A stretch of DNA of 64,000 nucleotides from a virus. The notes beneath the pieces were generated by a model, which saw nothing but the letters and a program-made list of their open reading frames with translations, searched no databases and was not told the origin of the DNA. The position numbers were made by a program, and so were the translations under genes. Positions 17,301 to 26,300 of this stretch are shown here, one piece after another; position 1 is the stretch's first letter; each line of letters begins with the position of its first letter. The stretch is taken from IMG/VR virus record IMGVR_UViG_3300009431_000003; one strand, 5' to 3'.

Positions 17301-20300
17301 AATACACTATAAATTCCTGTTTGGACTTCGTTATTGCTATCTCCTAAAATAATAATATAATCACCGACAGTAACAGAAACTCCTCGATCATCAAGCCAGG
17401 ATAGAGCCCCTTCTCGCCTAAGTCTGGTAGGCGAAACAAATTCAACAGAAGCCTCCGGAAATGTAGGACTTTCATCTGCCAGCCCATCTTCATAATATCC
17501 TTTCACAGCAGCAAGCCTACCTTGCGAAGTACTAAGGAACTCACCTCCCACTCCCATAATCAATGAAAACAAATCAGAATCAAGAGTGTCTGGAATATCC
17601 CAATTATTTAACGCATTTAGCAAGGACACATATCTACCTTGTGCTCCTCCTTGAGAAATGTTTGAACCTTCAAATACTCCACCGAACCCCTTAGTACCGA
17701 GATATCTCATAGAAGCATATGCTGATGTATATCCATAAGAAGGATCAATAGGATTATATTCCCAAGCATTTGCCCGTCCTACTACGCCATGCGCTGCAAA
17801 GTCCCCATCCATGCCCCAGGCTGACCCATAAACCCCATAAGCAACCTTATCTGCCTGAGGAGTATCCGGAAACTGAAAAGCGGCACCGGATAAAGCAGCC
17901 CTTGGATAATCATTAGATGCTGGAGGTATTCCTGCCGGCGGAGGATCAATAGCACCAGCTACCCAGGGCTTCTCCATTCCCGCAGAAGCGTTGATTCTAT
18001 AAAAGGTAACCAAAACCCTTTCTTTCGCTTGAACATTTTGCGGTCTTTTAGAAATAGATCTAATTTCTATACCAAAGTCAGTCCCCACATCAAAAAAGAA
18101 GCTTTCTATATTATAAAACCCGTCCCAATACGAAGAACCTCGAACCTCAATAATAGTAGCGTTATCGGCAACAATACCTTCTGATCCATCTCGGACACCT
18201 AATTGTCGTAAATTATCAAAAACAAACTGGCCCGCAGTTCTGGTCTGTAGTTGGTAGTTCTCAGTCCCTCTAATTGACATATCTACAGGGACAACCGAAA
18301 GATCATTAAAATAAATAGGCCTACGAATAAGTAATGGCACGCCCATCTGTTCATCTGTAGTTACCATATCCAACATCAGCCCATGCTTTGCTACAACATC
18401 TACTTCTTCAAAGCCTTCTCTGCTAAGGCGTACCATTGCTCCATCATTAGCTGATTGATATTGAGCACTTTCATATATTGTAGCGTCTCCCGTAAGGTGT
18501 GGAAGTATTTCACCGTTTATAGGAATCGAAGAGCTCTCAACAATAACATGCTCATTATCAATATAACCAATAATAAGAAACGGGTAGTATCTTATTGGGT
18601 TTGCCGGTCCAGAAAATGCAATAACCAACCCAACATCGTCGGGAGTAAATTGCGGCCCGCTTCCAGATATACCAACATAGGAAACGACGCCAATAGAATT
18701 TATAGATACATCAAAAGGCCCGGAACCTTCTGATCTAGCTATTGCGGGGACCGTCTTAAAACTTGAAGAGTAAGGTACAGCTCCTCCAAACTGATCTGTG
18801 TTGTGTAATGTCATCGGATAACCGGAAACGTGACCAAAATGCCCTCCAGACTCAGTTGTCCATAAATCAGCCATAGCACTTGGAGGCACTTCGCCGTATT
18901 CATATAATTGAGGATCAATTACCCGAGACATACCACCTAATATACCTTGTACAGATACTCTCCGATGGAGGTCCTCTAAAGTTAAAAGAGGATCACCTTC
19001 GTATCTATAAGGCGTGGCTTCAACCACAGTACCAGATGACCGCGGATAAGAACCGTCCCGCTCTCTCCAGAGCGCCGGCATTCTGTAGTTGGACGGATCA
19101 AGTACTGCTTCAGGATAAGCAAACGGCCTTACATGATACAATTCCGTCTGCTCATAATGCCGACCCATAATTCGGCCTATGTGCTCCTGAGCAATACCTG
19201 GAAGTGCCTGCTGGCCTACAATAGGCGGAACATCATCATATCCGGTATAATAAGGCCTATAGTCTTCTGGTTCAGTAATCTTTTTGGGATGCCAATCAGG
19301 TTGAGCAGCATAAAAATGAACAAATATCCTTTTGTACTGTCGAGGTATTGGCCATAAAAATACCCAAGGCTCCTTAAAATAATCACCCGGAGCAGTTATA
19401 ATCAGTTCACCAAAATCACCATATCCTGCTACTGTCTCTCCAAAGCCATCGTTCAGCATTCCTAGAGGAAACTGGCCTTCTACAGACACTTGCCGAGAAC
19501 GTAAAACAACCGTATGATCATCAAGAAGGCCTTCGACCTCGTAATCCAACCTCAGCAGCCCCTCTTCAAAAGCTTCCCTAATGCTCTCAAAAGTCTCACC
19601 ATAAGGATCTGGCACATAATCTAGCCCCTCTGAATTATGGTTTATTGGATCAGCTAATACAGAATTCTGGATACGGGCATGGTCAAATTCCTTAACATCC
19701 ATTTGGAAAGGAGAACTAAAGGGCAAGGCATCCTTGTCTTTTATTTGAGCACTAATCCTTACCGCTGTCTTCTTCTCCACACTTAGAATAAAGGGAGGGT
19801 ATCCCGGAGCGTTCCTTCCAGCAGAGACACTATCAGATCCATAATCTGGGGTAGAAGGACCTATTTTTTCATACTTAATCTGATTTACTTTACCAAATTG
19901 GAGGCTGCCTATAATACCCACAGCTCCAGTATTTTGGTACGCTGGAGATATAAGAGCGAGATCAGTCTGTAGATCATCACCGGGATCATCAAGCAGCGTA
20001 GAATTATCAGAAGAAACCACAGCTACGACTCGGACCCTTTCGCCCTCTACAAAAACATCATTACCTAATTCGTCCGTTACTCGAAATATTTCATCCAATG
20101 CACTATCCGGGCGATCAACATAAACAATATTATCAGACTCAAATAAAGGAGACTCATCAAAAGTAAAATCGGACAAAAGTAATCTATTCCTATTCGCAGG
20201 CACGGCGCCACTGGTATCTACCTCTTTCTTGGCTGGAACAGGCATCCTTCTCAATGTTCTACGATTTAATTCGTCTACTCCAACAGACACAGCCTCATCA

Positions 20301-21082
20301 GCTCTATTAATATGAGTATGAGCAATGTCTTCCGCCTTCATTAAAAGGCGCCCACCTAAAGGTGTTTGTTCTCTATGGTCACTTCCTGGAACATCTTCTA
20401 AATTTGATGTCTCTTTAACATTTGTTATCCAAGTTCTTCTATGAGAAAAAAGATCAATTAGTGAGTATTCCTGGCGACCCACGTCCATACCAATCTCAGT
20501 GGATAATTCGTAAGAAGGAGGAGCACCTCCTACAATATCCCGGTTTATAGCGTAAATATAACAACGCCTAAGTTCTGTATCCGAGGGTATAGATGTATTT
20601 TTAAAATAAAAATAACCTACTCGTTCCCATACAAGAATTGGGGGAGCAGGAGGATTAGGCATCAAATGGAGAGGTATTGAGTTTGTTGGATCGGTATAAG
20701 TGCCTGGTACAGCTCCTTGGCCAGAGCTCCAAACAAGTACATCAGCAGCTTCAATTGCCTCCATTAATTCTTGAGTAGTAAAATAATTCTGTACAGCAGT
20801 ATCTGCTATAGGAAGGTTAATTTCTAATCGCCAAATAAGATCTTCATCTAAAGGAACATCTCCAGGAAAGAATGCTGAGATATCTGAATGGGGGCCGCTA
20901 TTTAACTGTATATACATCCCTAAATCAAAAGTAGTTTCCGTGTATGTCGAGAGAATAAACCGGCGAGAAGTATCACACTTCCGCTCATTACGTACTTCAG
21001 CCATCTGTAATAGGTTTGTATCTGACGCTCCCAACAACATGGGCCTACGCCAAATATGCCGTCTTTCTTTATTATTGCCCAT
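14366..21082 (-). CDS. Giant (2238 aa) virion protein, tail fibre/adhesin-like
   Basis: Acidic, Gly/Pro/Tyr-rich beta-type sequence; INRADEAVS and LPLQLPQGAVIESIRV motifs typical of fibre N- and C-terminal domains; lies in the tail module. Confidence 0.6.
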   Translation of the reverse strand: MGNNKERRHIWRRPMLLGASDTNLLQMAEVRNERKCDTSRRFILSTYTETTFDLGMYIQLNSGPHSDISAFFPGDVPLDEDLIWRLEINLPIADTAVQNYFTTQELMEAIEAADVLVWSSGQGAVPGTYTDPTNSIPLHLMPNPPAPPILVWERVGYFYFKNTSIPSDTELRRCYIYAINRDIVGGAPPSYELSTEIGMDVGRQEYSLIDLFSHRRTWITNVKETSNLEDVPGSDHREQTPLGGRLLMKAEDIAHTHINRADEAVSVGVDELNRRTLRRMPVPAKKEVDTSGAVPANRNRLLLSDFTFDESPLFESDNIVYVDRPDSALDEIFRVTDELGNDVFVEGERVRVVAVVSSDNSTLLDDPGDDLQTDLALISPAYQNTGAVGIIGSLQFGKVNQIKYEKIGPSTPDYGSDSVSAGRNAPGYPPFILSVEKKTAVRISAQIKDKDALPFSSPFQMDVKEFDHARIQNSVLADPINHNSEGLDYVPDPYGETFESIREAFEEGLLRLDYEVEGLLDDHTVVLRSRQVSVEGQFPLGMLNDGFGETVAGYGDFGELIITAPGDYFKEPWVFLWPIPRQYKRIFVHFYAAQPDWHPKKITEPEDYRPYYTGYDDVPPIVGQQALPGIAQEHIGRIMGRHYEQTELYHVRPFAYPEAVLDPSNYRMPALWRERDGSYPRSSGTVVEATPYRYEGDPLLTLEDLHRRVSVQGILGGMSRVIDPQLYEYGEVPPSAMADLWTTESGGHFGHVSGYPMTLHNTDQFGGAVPYSSSFKTVPAIARSEGSGPFDVSINSIGVVSYVGISGSGPQFTPDDVGLVIAFSGPANPIRYYPFLIIGYIDNEHVIVESSSIPINGEILPHLTGDATIYESAQYQSANDGAMVRLSREGFEEVDVVAKHGLMLDMVTTDEQMGVPLLIRRPIYFNDLSVVPVDMSIRGTENYQLQTRTAGQFVFDNLRQLGVRDGSEGIVADNATIIEVRGSSYWDGFYNIESFFFDVGTDFGIEIRSISKRPQNVQAKERVLVTFYRINASAGMEKPWVAGAIDPPPAGIPPASNDYPRAALSGAAFQFPDTPQADKVAYGVYGSAWGMDGDFAAHGVVGRANAWEYNPIDPSYGYTSAYASMRYLGTKGFGGVFEGSNISQGGAQGRYVSLLNALNNWDIPDTLDSDLFSLIMGVGGEFLSTSQGRLAAVKGYYEDGLADESPTFPEASVEFVSPTRLRREGALSWLDDRGVSVTVGDYIIILGDSNNEVQTGIYSVFAAGSDVDGDWADVAPYVQGSADTTDREVRGLYAFNTNDPGVFKPDRSGIIFFVLPRNLMTISQSGTGVLGLSVPSPNVHEEYSFDHQWEDPAAVFATVASPYFSVVGGKEEKDDILKTVIRIPGWEGGYVPLVPSTGTVIINHQTTFNGGEFDALYPQIDLMKLYHNVDMDGVVGDYRVSWSYREMEESDSAGIYGYRAPDALVFRAPAIDILRGDVLLRDGYLMTEPFANSTLWDQGGPYAETDPTYPYTWRFLSRTGVLGELSPVAGDNFSLGRPAHGSLNGVIPGDNKDYSIYSYQPGPVVETVYEWRSNNPVRNSLIEMAPISNPGLDSMHYAGYNDITFKVWPDTAGISGDTLNEAYSAGTITRMRGDLLEIAYTDTERQISYTTRHVIETAAFFSDGGVDYCTLTFAPSFPHPEHINHDEEWDPGLTIQIRIRKVGIRESVLMQLGVGAEEYNWYYLIPGSNDEVVPGGWWNDPEYRRAYEQWLQFSVNDVGRVIKVYPNDSDANEFSELAVTDVKIIEGKIAVKLEHPGWVEGDYDSHYEDWQLLAKQWDEVTARRAIIEKEVSADTILVGRDQGDDLGAMRMWHPAADFQSAFHRMMRWQEDILEGPAYSRYSKYEGIYINTGTPSTGHSAAEKEGFLSDWFKEDSYGPGTITYLFDNAPGSIWTVPYPGTFPYKQTEWYCRDGSIQRPFWSQHFRCDVDAFDSKVPYSNAWVLPLQLPQGAVIESIRVYCGLEGFVGFSSAPDFYRKFGIIGGFVKRSAAPKDDHDADQAGFGLGYTQAARYHGSVVQICGQYILAAPTGASIYLRELDPVPFFENGTLSEISPAQRLVSDCFRTYRGSHQETIDAVDYFFTFADFAFDVTCGGLINDNAKGRLELTVGTKLQDRRTLITGEALGTGELPGSPSSNCLAHRFKLYGAHVKWSHFKSQHPAGTREIAETNLTAGSIDINDQTGISHSKRSRIPLRNYPS

Positions 21083-22175
21083 TTACTTTTCCCCCTCTCT
21101 CCTTCATACTACTGAGGCGAGCTTCTGGATTATCAAGCCCACCAGCAATTGTATACAACCTGACACCGTCAATCGACCGGACATAAACGCCGCGAAATAC
21201 CGTCCCAACACTAAAAACTTCGCTAAGAACACCAAAGGCATGATCCATATCAATATCCTTTACTTTGCTAAGAGCTTCTTCTGAACCGACTACCAGACCC
21301 GCAGCAGAAATAGTACTCTCCAAATTAAATCCATCTGCCAAAAAAGTATGCTTTACAGCTCCTCGTATTCCTGCGCTTATAGCGTCTCGGGTAAGAGTAT
21401 TTGGTTTTATTGCTCCAAACACTACCGTCCCGCTTTCCAGAATTGTAGTGTAATCTGCTGGATCAAAAACCTCAAGATCCGATTCTTGGCCGGCCATAAG
21501 ATTAAATGCATGAAATACCCTAACAAAATAATTATTAACTAAAGTCTTTGCTTCAAGCATCCCTGCATTTGGAAACAATTCAGAAACTGTATCATTATCC
21601 AAAAGAATTAGAGGACTAAAATCTTGACCAGAATTGGTGCAGAGATTTTCCAATAAAGCAAAAGCATTAGCATTTGGCCTGGAGCCTTCAGACCTCTTTG
21701 GTAAAGTAGAAATAATACCTACCTTCTTCTTATTTATTGAAAGCCTCACAGCGTCTCGAAATTGATGAATAGCTTGAAGTAGCGGCCTAACACTCCCCGT
21801 ACCAGTCCCTCCACCAGCGCCAACAACAATAAAAGCATGGTCTACCTCGTCGCCCCAAGAACTCCTTAACTTATCAACCACAAGCCCAATATCTTTATAT
21901 AGTGCTTCTTCTCCCTTTTTAGGGTCTTTCGCAGCACCAGAAACAGGAATAATTAGCTTATTTGGGCATTGTATTTTATCCATATCTTGCTCTGTAGTAT
22001 TAATACAAAGAACCCTACGATAACCCAAACGCCAAAAAGCATCAGCAATTCTGCAACCACCGGCACCTGCCCCAACAAAAGACATCTTTAATGCAGGAAT
22101 AAATCCTTCATCCAAAATTCTGTCTTCTTTTTCTTCCGCCTCGCTTACATCTGGTATATCAAAAATATCGCTCAT
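21072..22175 (-). CDS. Tubulin/FtsZ-superfamily GTPase (PhuZ/TubZ/CetZ-like)
   Basis: FVGAGAGGCRIAD, INTT, GAAKDPKKG, signature GAGGGTGTGS, LDND and T7-loop VFDPADY; no FtsZ C-terminal linker or peptide. Confidence 0.92.
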   Translation of the reverse strand: MSDIFDIPDVSEAEEKEDRILDEGFIPALKMSFVGAGAGGCRIADAFWRLGYRRVLCINTTEQDMDKIQCPNKLIIPVSGAAKDPKKGEEALYKDIGLVVDKLRSSWGDEVDHAFIVVGAGGGTGTGSVRPLLQAIHQFRDAVRLSINKKKVGIISTLPKRSEGSRPNANAFALLENLCTNSGQDFSPLILLDNDTVSELFPNAGMLEAKTLVNNYFVRVFHAFNLMAGQESDLEVFDPADYTTILESGTVVFGAIKPNTLTRDAISAGIRGAVKHTFLADGFNLESTISAAGLVVGSEEALSKVKDIDMDHAFGVLSEVFSVGTVFRGVYVRSIDGVRLYTIAGGLDNPEARLSSMKERGGKVNGQ

Positions 22176-22204
22176 AATTGACCCCTATTTGGCTTCCACG
22201 GTTC

Positions 22205-22924
22205 TCAAAATCTAATCTCCCACATTATATAAATTGCATAAGTTCTCTTTTTTGGGATTGGATCAAAAGCTTTATATGCCATAGGTCTTTGTTTATCTGC
22301 GTCGTTAATACCTGTATCCCTTGATCCTGGCGCCCACATTAAAAGCTCTGGAGTAGATCCCCTATCGTAATCAGAGCCATCAGTAAATAACCCGGCCTCG
22401 GAAATAAAACCCTCGCTTTCATGTTCCCCACCCTCAAAAGTAATATCATCTTCTCCAATTACTAACTCGTATCGTACAATAGTACGGGCAGGGTATAAAG
22501 GAAATTGTGGCGGAATAACAATAGGAGCAAGAAATTCTTGTGCTCGAAATTCCATAGGAGTATGTAACCGAGCCACTTTTGATTCTTCGGGAAATACTCC
22601 TTCCCCAAAGCCCATATATCTTATTCGGTCATTACGGTAAGGAGTACCTCCTCCGTCCTCAGACTGGTAAGACATCAACAACGCAAGGTATTCTCGGCCA
22701 GTTAGTGTCCATATATTATTGCCTCTTCGACGCGCCACAATAACTCCTGAAGAATCAAAGGCAGTAATATCAACAAAACCCTCAATAGCTATAGAAGGAG
22801 GAAGTGTTCCTTTGTTTTGTAATTCAATATCTCTTTGCTGAACTACTTGCTTTTTATGTTTTTCCATACAAGCAATTATTGTATCGGATACTCTAACTTC
22901 CTCAGTAAAACCTAAAATACTCAT
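22205..22924 (-). CDS. Baseplate/tail-fibre attachment-type structural protein
   Basis: G.V.I...D...Ni....G...lA...G.G...ISEAGLF...AYK.F..I.K...I.WEIRF pattern resembles tail-collar/baseplate proteins. Confidence 0.55.
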   Translation of the reverse strand: MSILGFTEEVRVSDTIIACMEKHKKQVVQQRDIELQNKGTLPPSIAIEGFVDITAFDSSGVIVARRRGNNIWTLTGREYLALLMSYQSEDGGGTPYRNDRIRYMGFGEGVFPEESKVARLHTPMEFRAQEFLAPIVIPPQFPLYPARTIVRYELVIGEDDITFEGGEHESEGFISEAGLFTDGSDYDRGSTPELLMWAPGSRDTGINDADKQRPMAYKAFDPIPKKRTYAIYIMWEIRF

Positions 22925-23322
22925 GTAGCAACCCCCTCTAAAGAAACCAAGCTCGATCCTGAACCTATATCCTTAGTAAGCTTAATAGTAACTATCCCTG
23001 GACCTTCTAAAATAACACGAAGTATTGGAACTTTCCCATACCCCCACCCATAGTTAGTATCTGAAAAAGGTGAGGCGTGAATAATTGCGTAAACCGGCCT
23101 AAAGGTCCCAGCACCTACTCCAGGCAGCACTTCCTCAAGAATAGGACAACTACTATATCCGCCATACCCACCATAACCGTAACCCCCATACCCCGTCTCT
23201 ATCATAAGCTCGTCGCCCTCAACAGTAAATAAACAAGGCCCTAATACAGGAGTTAGTATATCTTCGGGAATAAGATCAAGCCTATGATCTATCAAAATTG
23301 GTGTACCACTAAATACAATCAC
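22921..23322 (-). CDS. Small structural protein with Gly-Tyr repeat
   Basis: GTG start at 23322 just after the upstream stop (TAGGAAA); contains GYGGYGYGGYGGY. Confidence 0.6.
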   Translation of the reverse strand: MIVFSGTPILIDHRLDLIPEDILTPVLGPCLFTVEGDELMIETGYGGYGYGGYGGYSSCPILEEVLPGVGAGTFRPVYAIIHASPFSDTNYGWGYGKVPILRVILEGPGIVTIKLTKDIGSGSSLVSLEGVAT

Positions 23323-23330
23323 AATATTTC

Positions 23331-26300
23331 CTATACGAGCGGATAAGGCAACCAATCTCCAAAAGTAATAACTTGTGCGCCTCCTCCTGGAGTAAGTAAT
23401 CCAGAAGGTACAGCAACATAAGTAGGATCACCTCCTACAGGAGGGTCTGCCCAATAATAAAGAATTAACAAATACTTATTATCTCCAGGACAATGTGGGC
23501 CTTCTTCTATACTGATAGGAGTATAACAAGTAAGTGTATTAGTTTGAATTCCAGTTATTCGCCAATCTAGGCCACCACTCCACATATATACTCCCGCAGC
23601 ATCATCAGCTAACATAGTCATAAGATTAGCCGGCGAAGCTGGATTATATATAAAACCTGGAGGTATCGGAAAAGCCAACAAAGCTATAAGGCCATCATTA
23701 GGTCCCCCATCTGGAGGGTGTGTGCTCATATTCCATGATACTGAGATATTATCTCTGGTTGGTAAAGGCCCAGGAAACATATCAAATAGAAGTTTGTACG
23801 GTAGTATAAGTCCTGAAAAATCTTCGTCTACAGTTGTAATAGTGTGGTCCTCTTCATACTTACTTTCGTCTATTACTATATAAGGACCATAAGGAGTTTC
23901 GGTCATCCCCGCCGCCATACAAACTGTTGTATGACCGTCTTTTGGTACATATGCCTGAATTAGCCCACTAAGAGGAAAATCTCCTGTTGTTGGAAATGGT
24001 CCGTAGATAGCTACACCATCTCGTAGTGCTATATTTCCCATATCGACCAGATTATACCAGAAACTGAGAACGAGATATAATCCCCCAGGATATGAATCAC
24101 ATCCTGGTCTATAAGAATTCCACTCCATTGGTGGATCTATCCCTGCATTCTCAGAAAAGATATAAATACAATGTGTAGCTGCATAGGGAGCAGGAGGTTC
24201 TATCGCCCAGTTAGCAGGTTGAGGCCCGGGCACAGTACTCACCTGCCCCCTATTTCTTTGCTTATCCAATAACACTTCAATAAAAGTATCAGTATCATCA
24301 TTTAAAGGTTCAGGAAATAAATAATAGCCTCTGGGATGACTATCTCCACGAACATCAATTATCTCGTACTCTACGCCATTTAAAATCAGACAACATACTC
24401 CCTTTTGGAGAATACCAGAAGGGAGAGGATAATCTCCTATAGAAAGCTCTACATTTGGTAAATTCGTTCCAGCAGTAGCATGAACAACACAACCTTCGTG
24501 CTGTACTACTCCTTCTATGTGACCTCTGCGAAAGACCCAACTTTCGATACGTGTACCGACAGGAACATCAAATGCTTTATTTATTACTGCCTTATATACC
24601 CCCCAAGAGGACCAATCTCCATAAGGAGCCAAGCGATCTAAGGAAGGAAGAGTATCCCCTACTTCGTTTACCGCCCCTATTATAGTGGCTGATTGGCCTT
24701 GTGCATCAGATATTTCAGTCCAAGGAATACACAACACATCACCAATGGCAATAAAGGAAGCAAGAAAGGGAATATGTTCCCCGTCCCCATATATTCCCCC
24801 ACTAGTAACCCGAAACTCAATTATTGTATAGGGTTGACCAAATTGATTTGACCAAGAAGTATCCACCTCTTGGATTTCAATATCCCAAAGAGAAACAAAT
24901 GGCCCTATTCTTCGTTGAATAGCTCCTCCACAATAACCTTCTGGAAGTTGATGCATATTCTCAAAAAGAGTATAGGGATCCACAGGGTCCGGTGGAGGAC
25001 CAAAGCCCAAAGATTCGTCTACTCTGGACAATCCGACAGTTTTCTCATCGAACCTATGAACAATATGGTAATACCCTTTCCAGGCATTATCTTGAGCAGA
25101 ATCAATTACAAGAATATCCGGCTCTATCATATCAGGCAGCTCATCTTTAATCATAAACATTCTATTATTGAAGCCTCCAGTAATATGAGGAAGCATCTCG
25201 TATATAGGGTTGCCATCAGTATCCGCCCCTGAAAGCTGTTCTGAATATTCAAGATCAATAATCTCTGCTCTTACGTCTCCCAATAAAGAATCTCCGTAAG
25301 GTACCTCACTTAAGCTAATTTTCCTTAAATTCATCGGAGTAAGTTGTACAAAGGGGTTTGAGTCTACAAAATATAAAGGAAGCATCGTAGAGGATTTTGC
25401 TTCCATCATTAAAGGCTCTTGTATCTTACCGCCTGCTTGGTCATATAATCGTATATCTAAACGAGCCGCAAAGTAATCATTTATCTCAACATAATCAATT
25501 AATAATTTTTGGGCCACCAGAAACAAATTTGTATGTTTTGCTCGCCCTAATTCAAACAAAAAATCATAAACAATATCCAGCTCTGCTTCAGAGGCTAGAT
25601 CCTCACGAACCATAATTACCCAGTTATGGTATTTTAAAGCTTCTATATGTGGAATAGTCGAGGAAAACATCCTTGTCCAGGCCTCATTCGAAATATAATC
25701 AAAGACCTTAACACCATTTGAAAGTACTGTGTATGCAGGAACAATATCCCCTACTGCCCAAGGTTTTCCTGTCGCCTCATTTATAGTTATTCCGTACCAA
25801 TCCTCTTCCTCAAACTCAAAACCCTCAAAATCCTCAATACCCAGTAATGCTTCATAATATTCTCTAGTCTCTCCTTGGCCTTCAGGATACGTAAATGCTT
25901 GATATTCTCCTGTACCATCTCCGTGTTCTGTAACTTTCTCAAGAAGAATCCTACCAAACTTCCTACTACCCGTATGTATATCTAATCGATAATCTCTATC
26001 AACTTCGATTATTTTAGAGGAATAAATTGCCGCAGGGAGCCCAAGCAATATAGAAATACCAAAATGAATATTTCCAATAGTGGCCGCTTTAGCCAGCACA
26101 TACATAAGACCCTTAACTACAGATAAATAATCGAGCTGAGCATCGGTATCTTCGTAGTCTTTCAAGTTCAGGTTTATTTTATACCCATGAATATTCTCAA
26201 CAGCCTTTGAGTTATCTAAAAAGGCAGATTCACACCAAAGAATTTCAGGCACGGGTTTTGAGGGATAGAAAAAACGATAAAGAAAGCGAATATACGGTTT

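Noticed and set aside
14366-21082. Diversity-generating retroelement target in the fibre-like gene
   Set aside because: No reverse transcriptase and no template/variable repeat pair noticed in the window
21072-22175. Cellular ftsZ or division cluster
   Set aside because: No C-terminal linker or conserved peptide, no fts/mur neighbours, and it is flanked by virion genes
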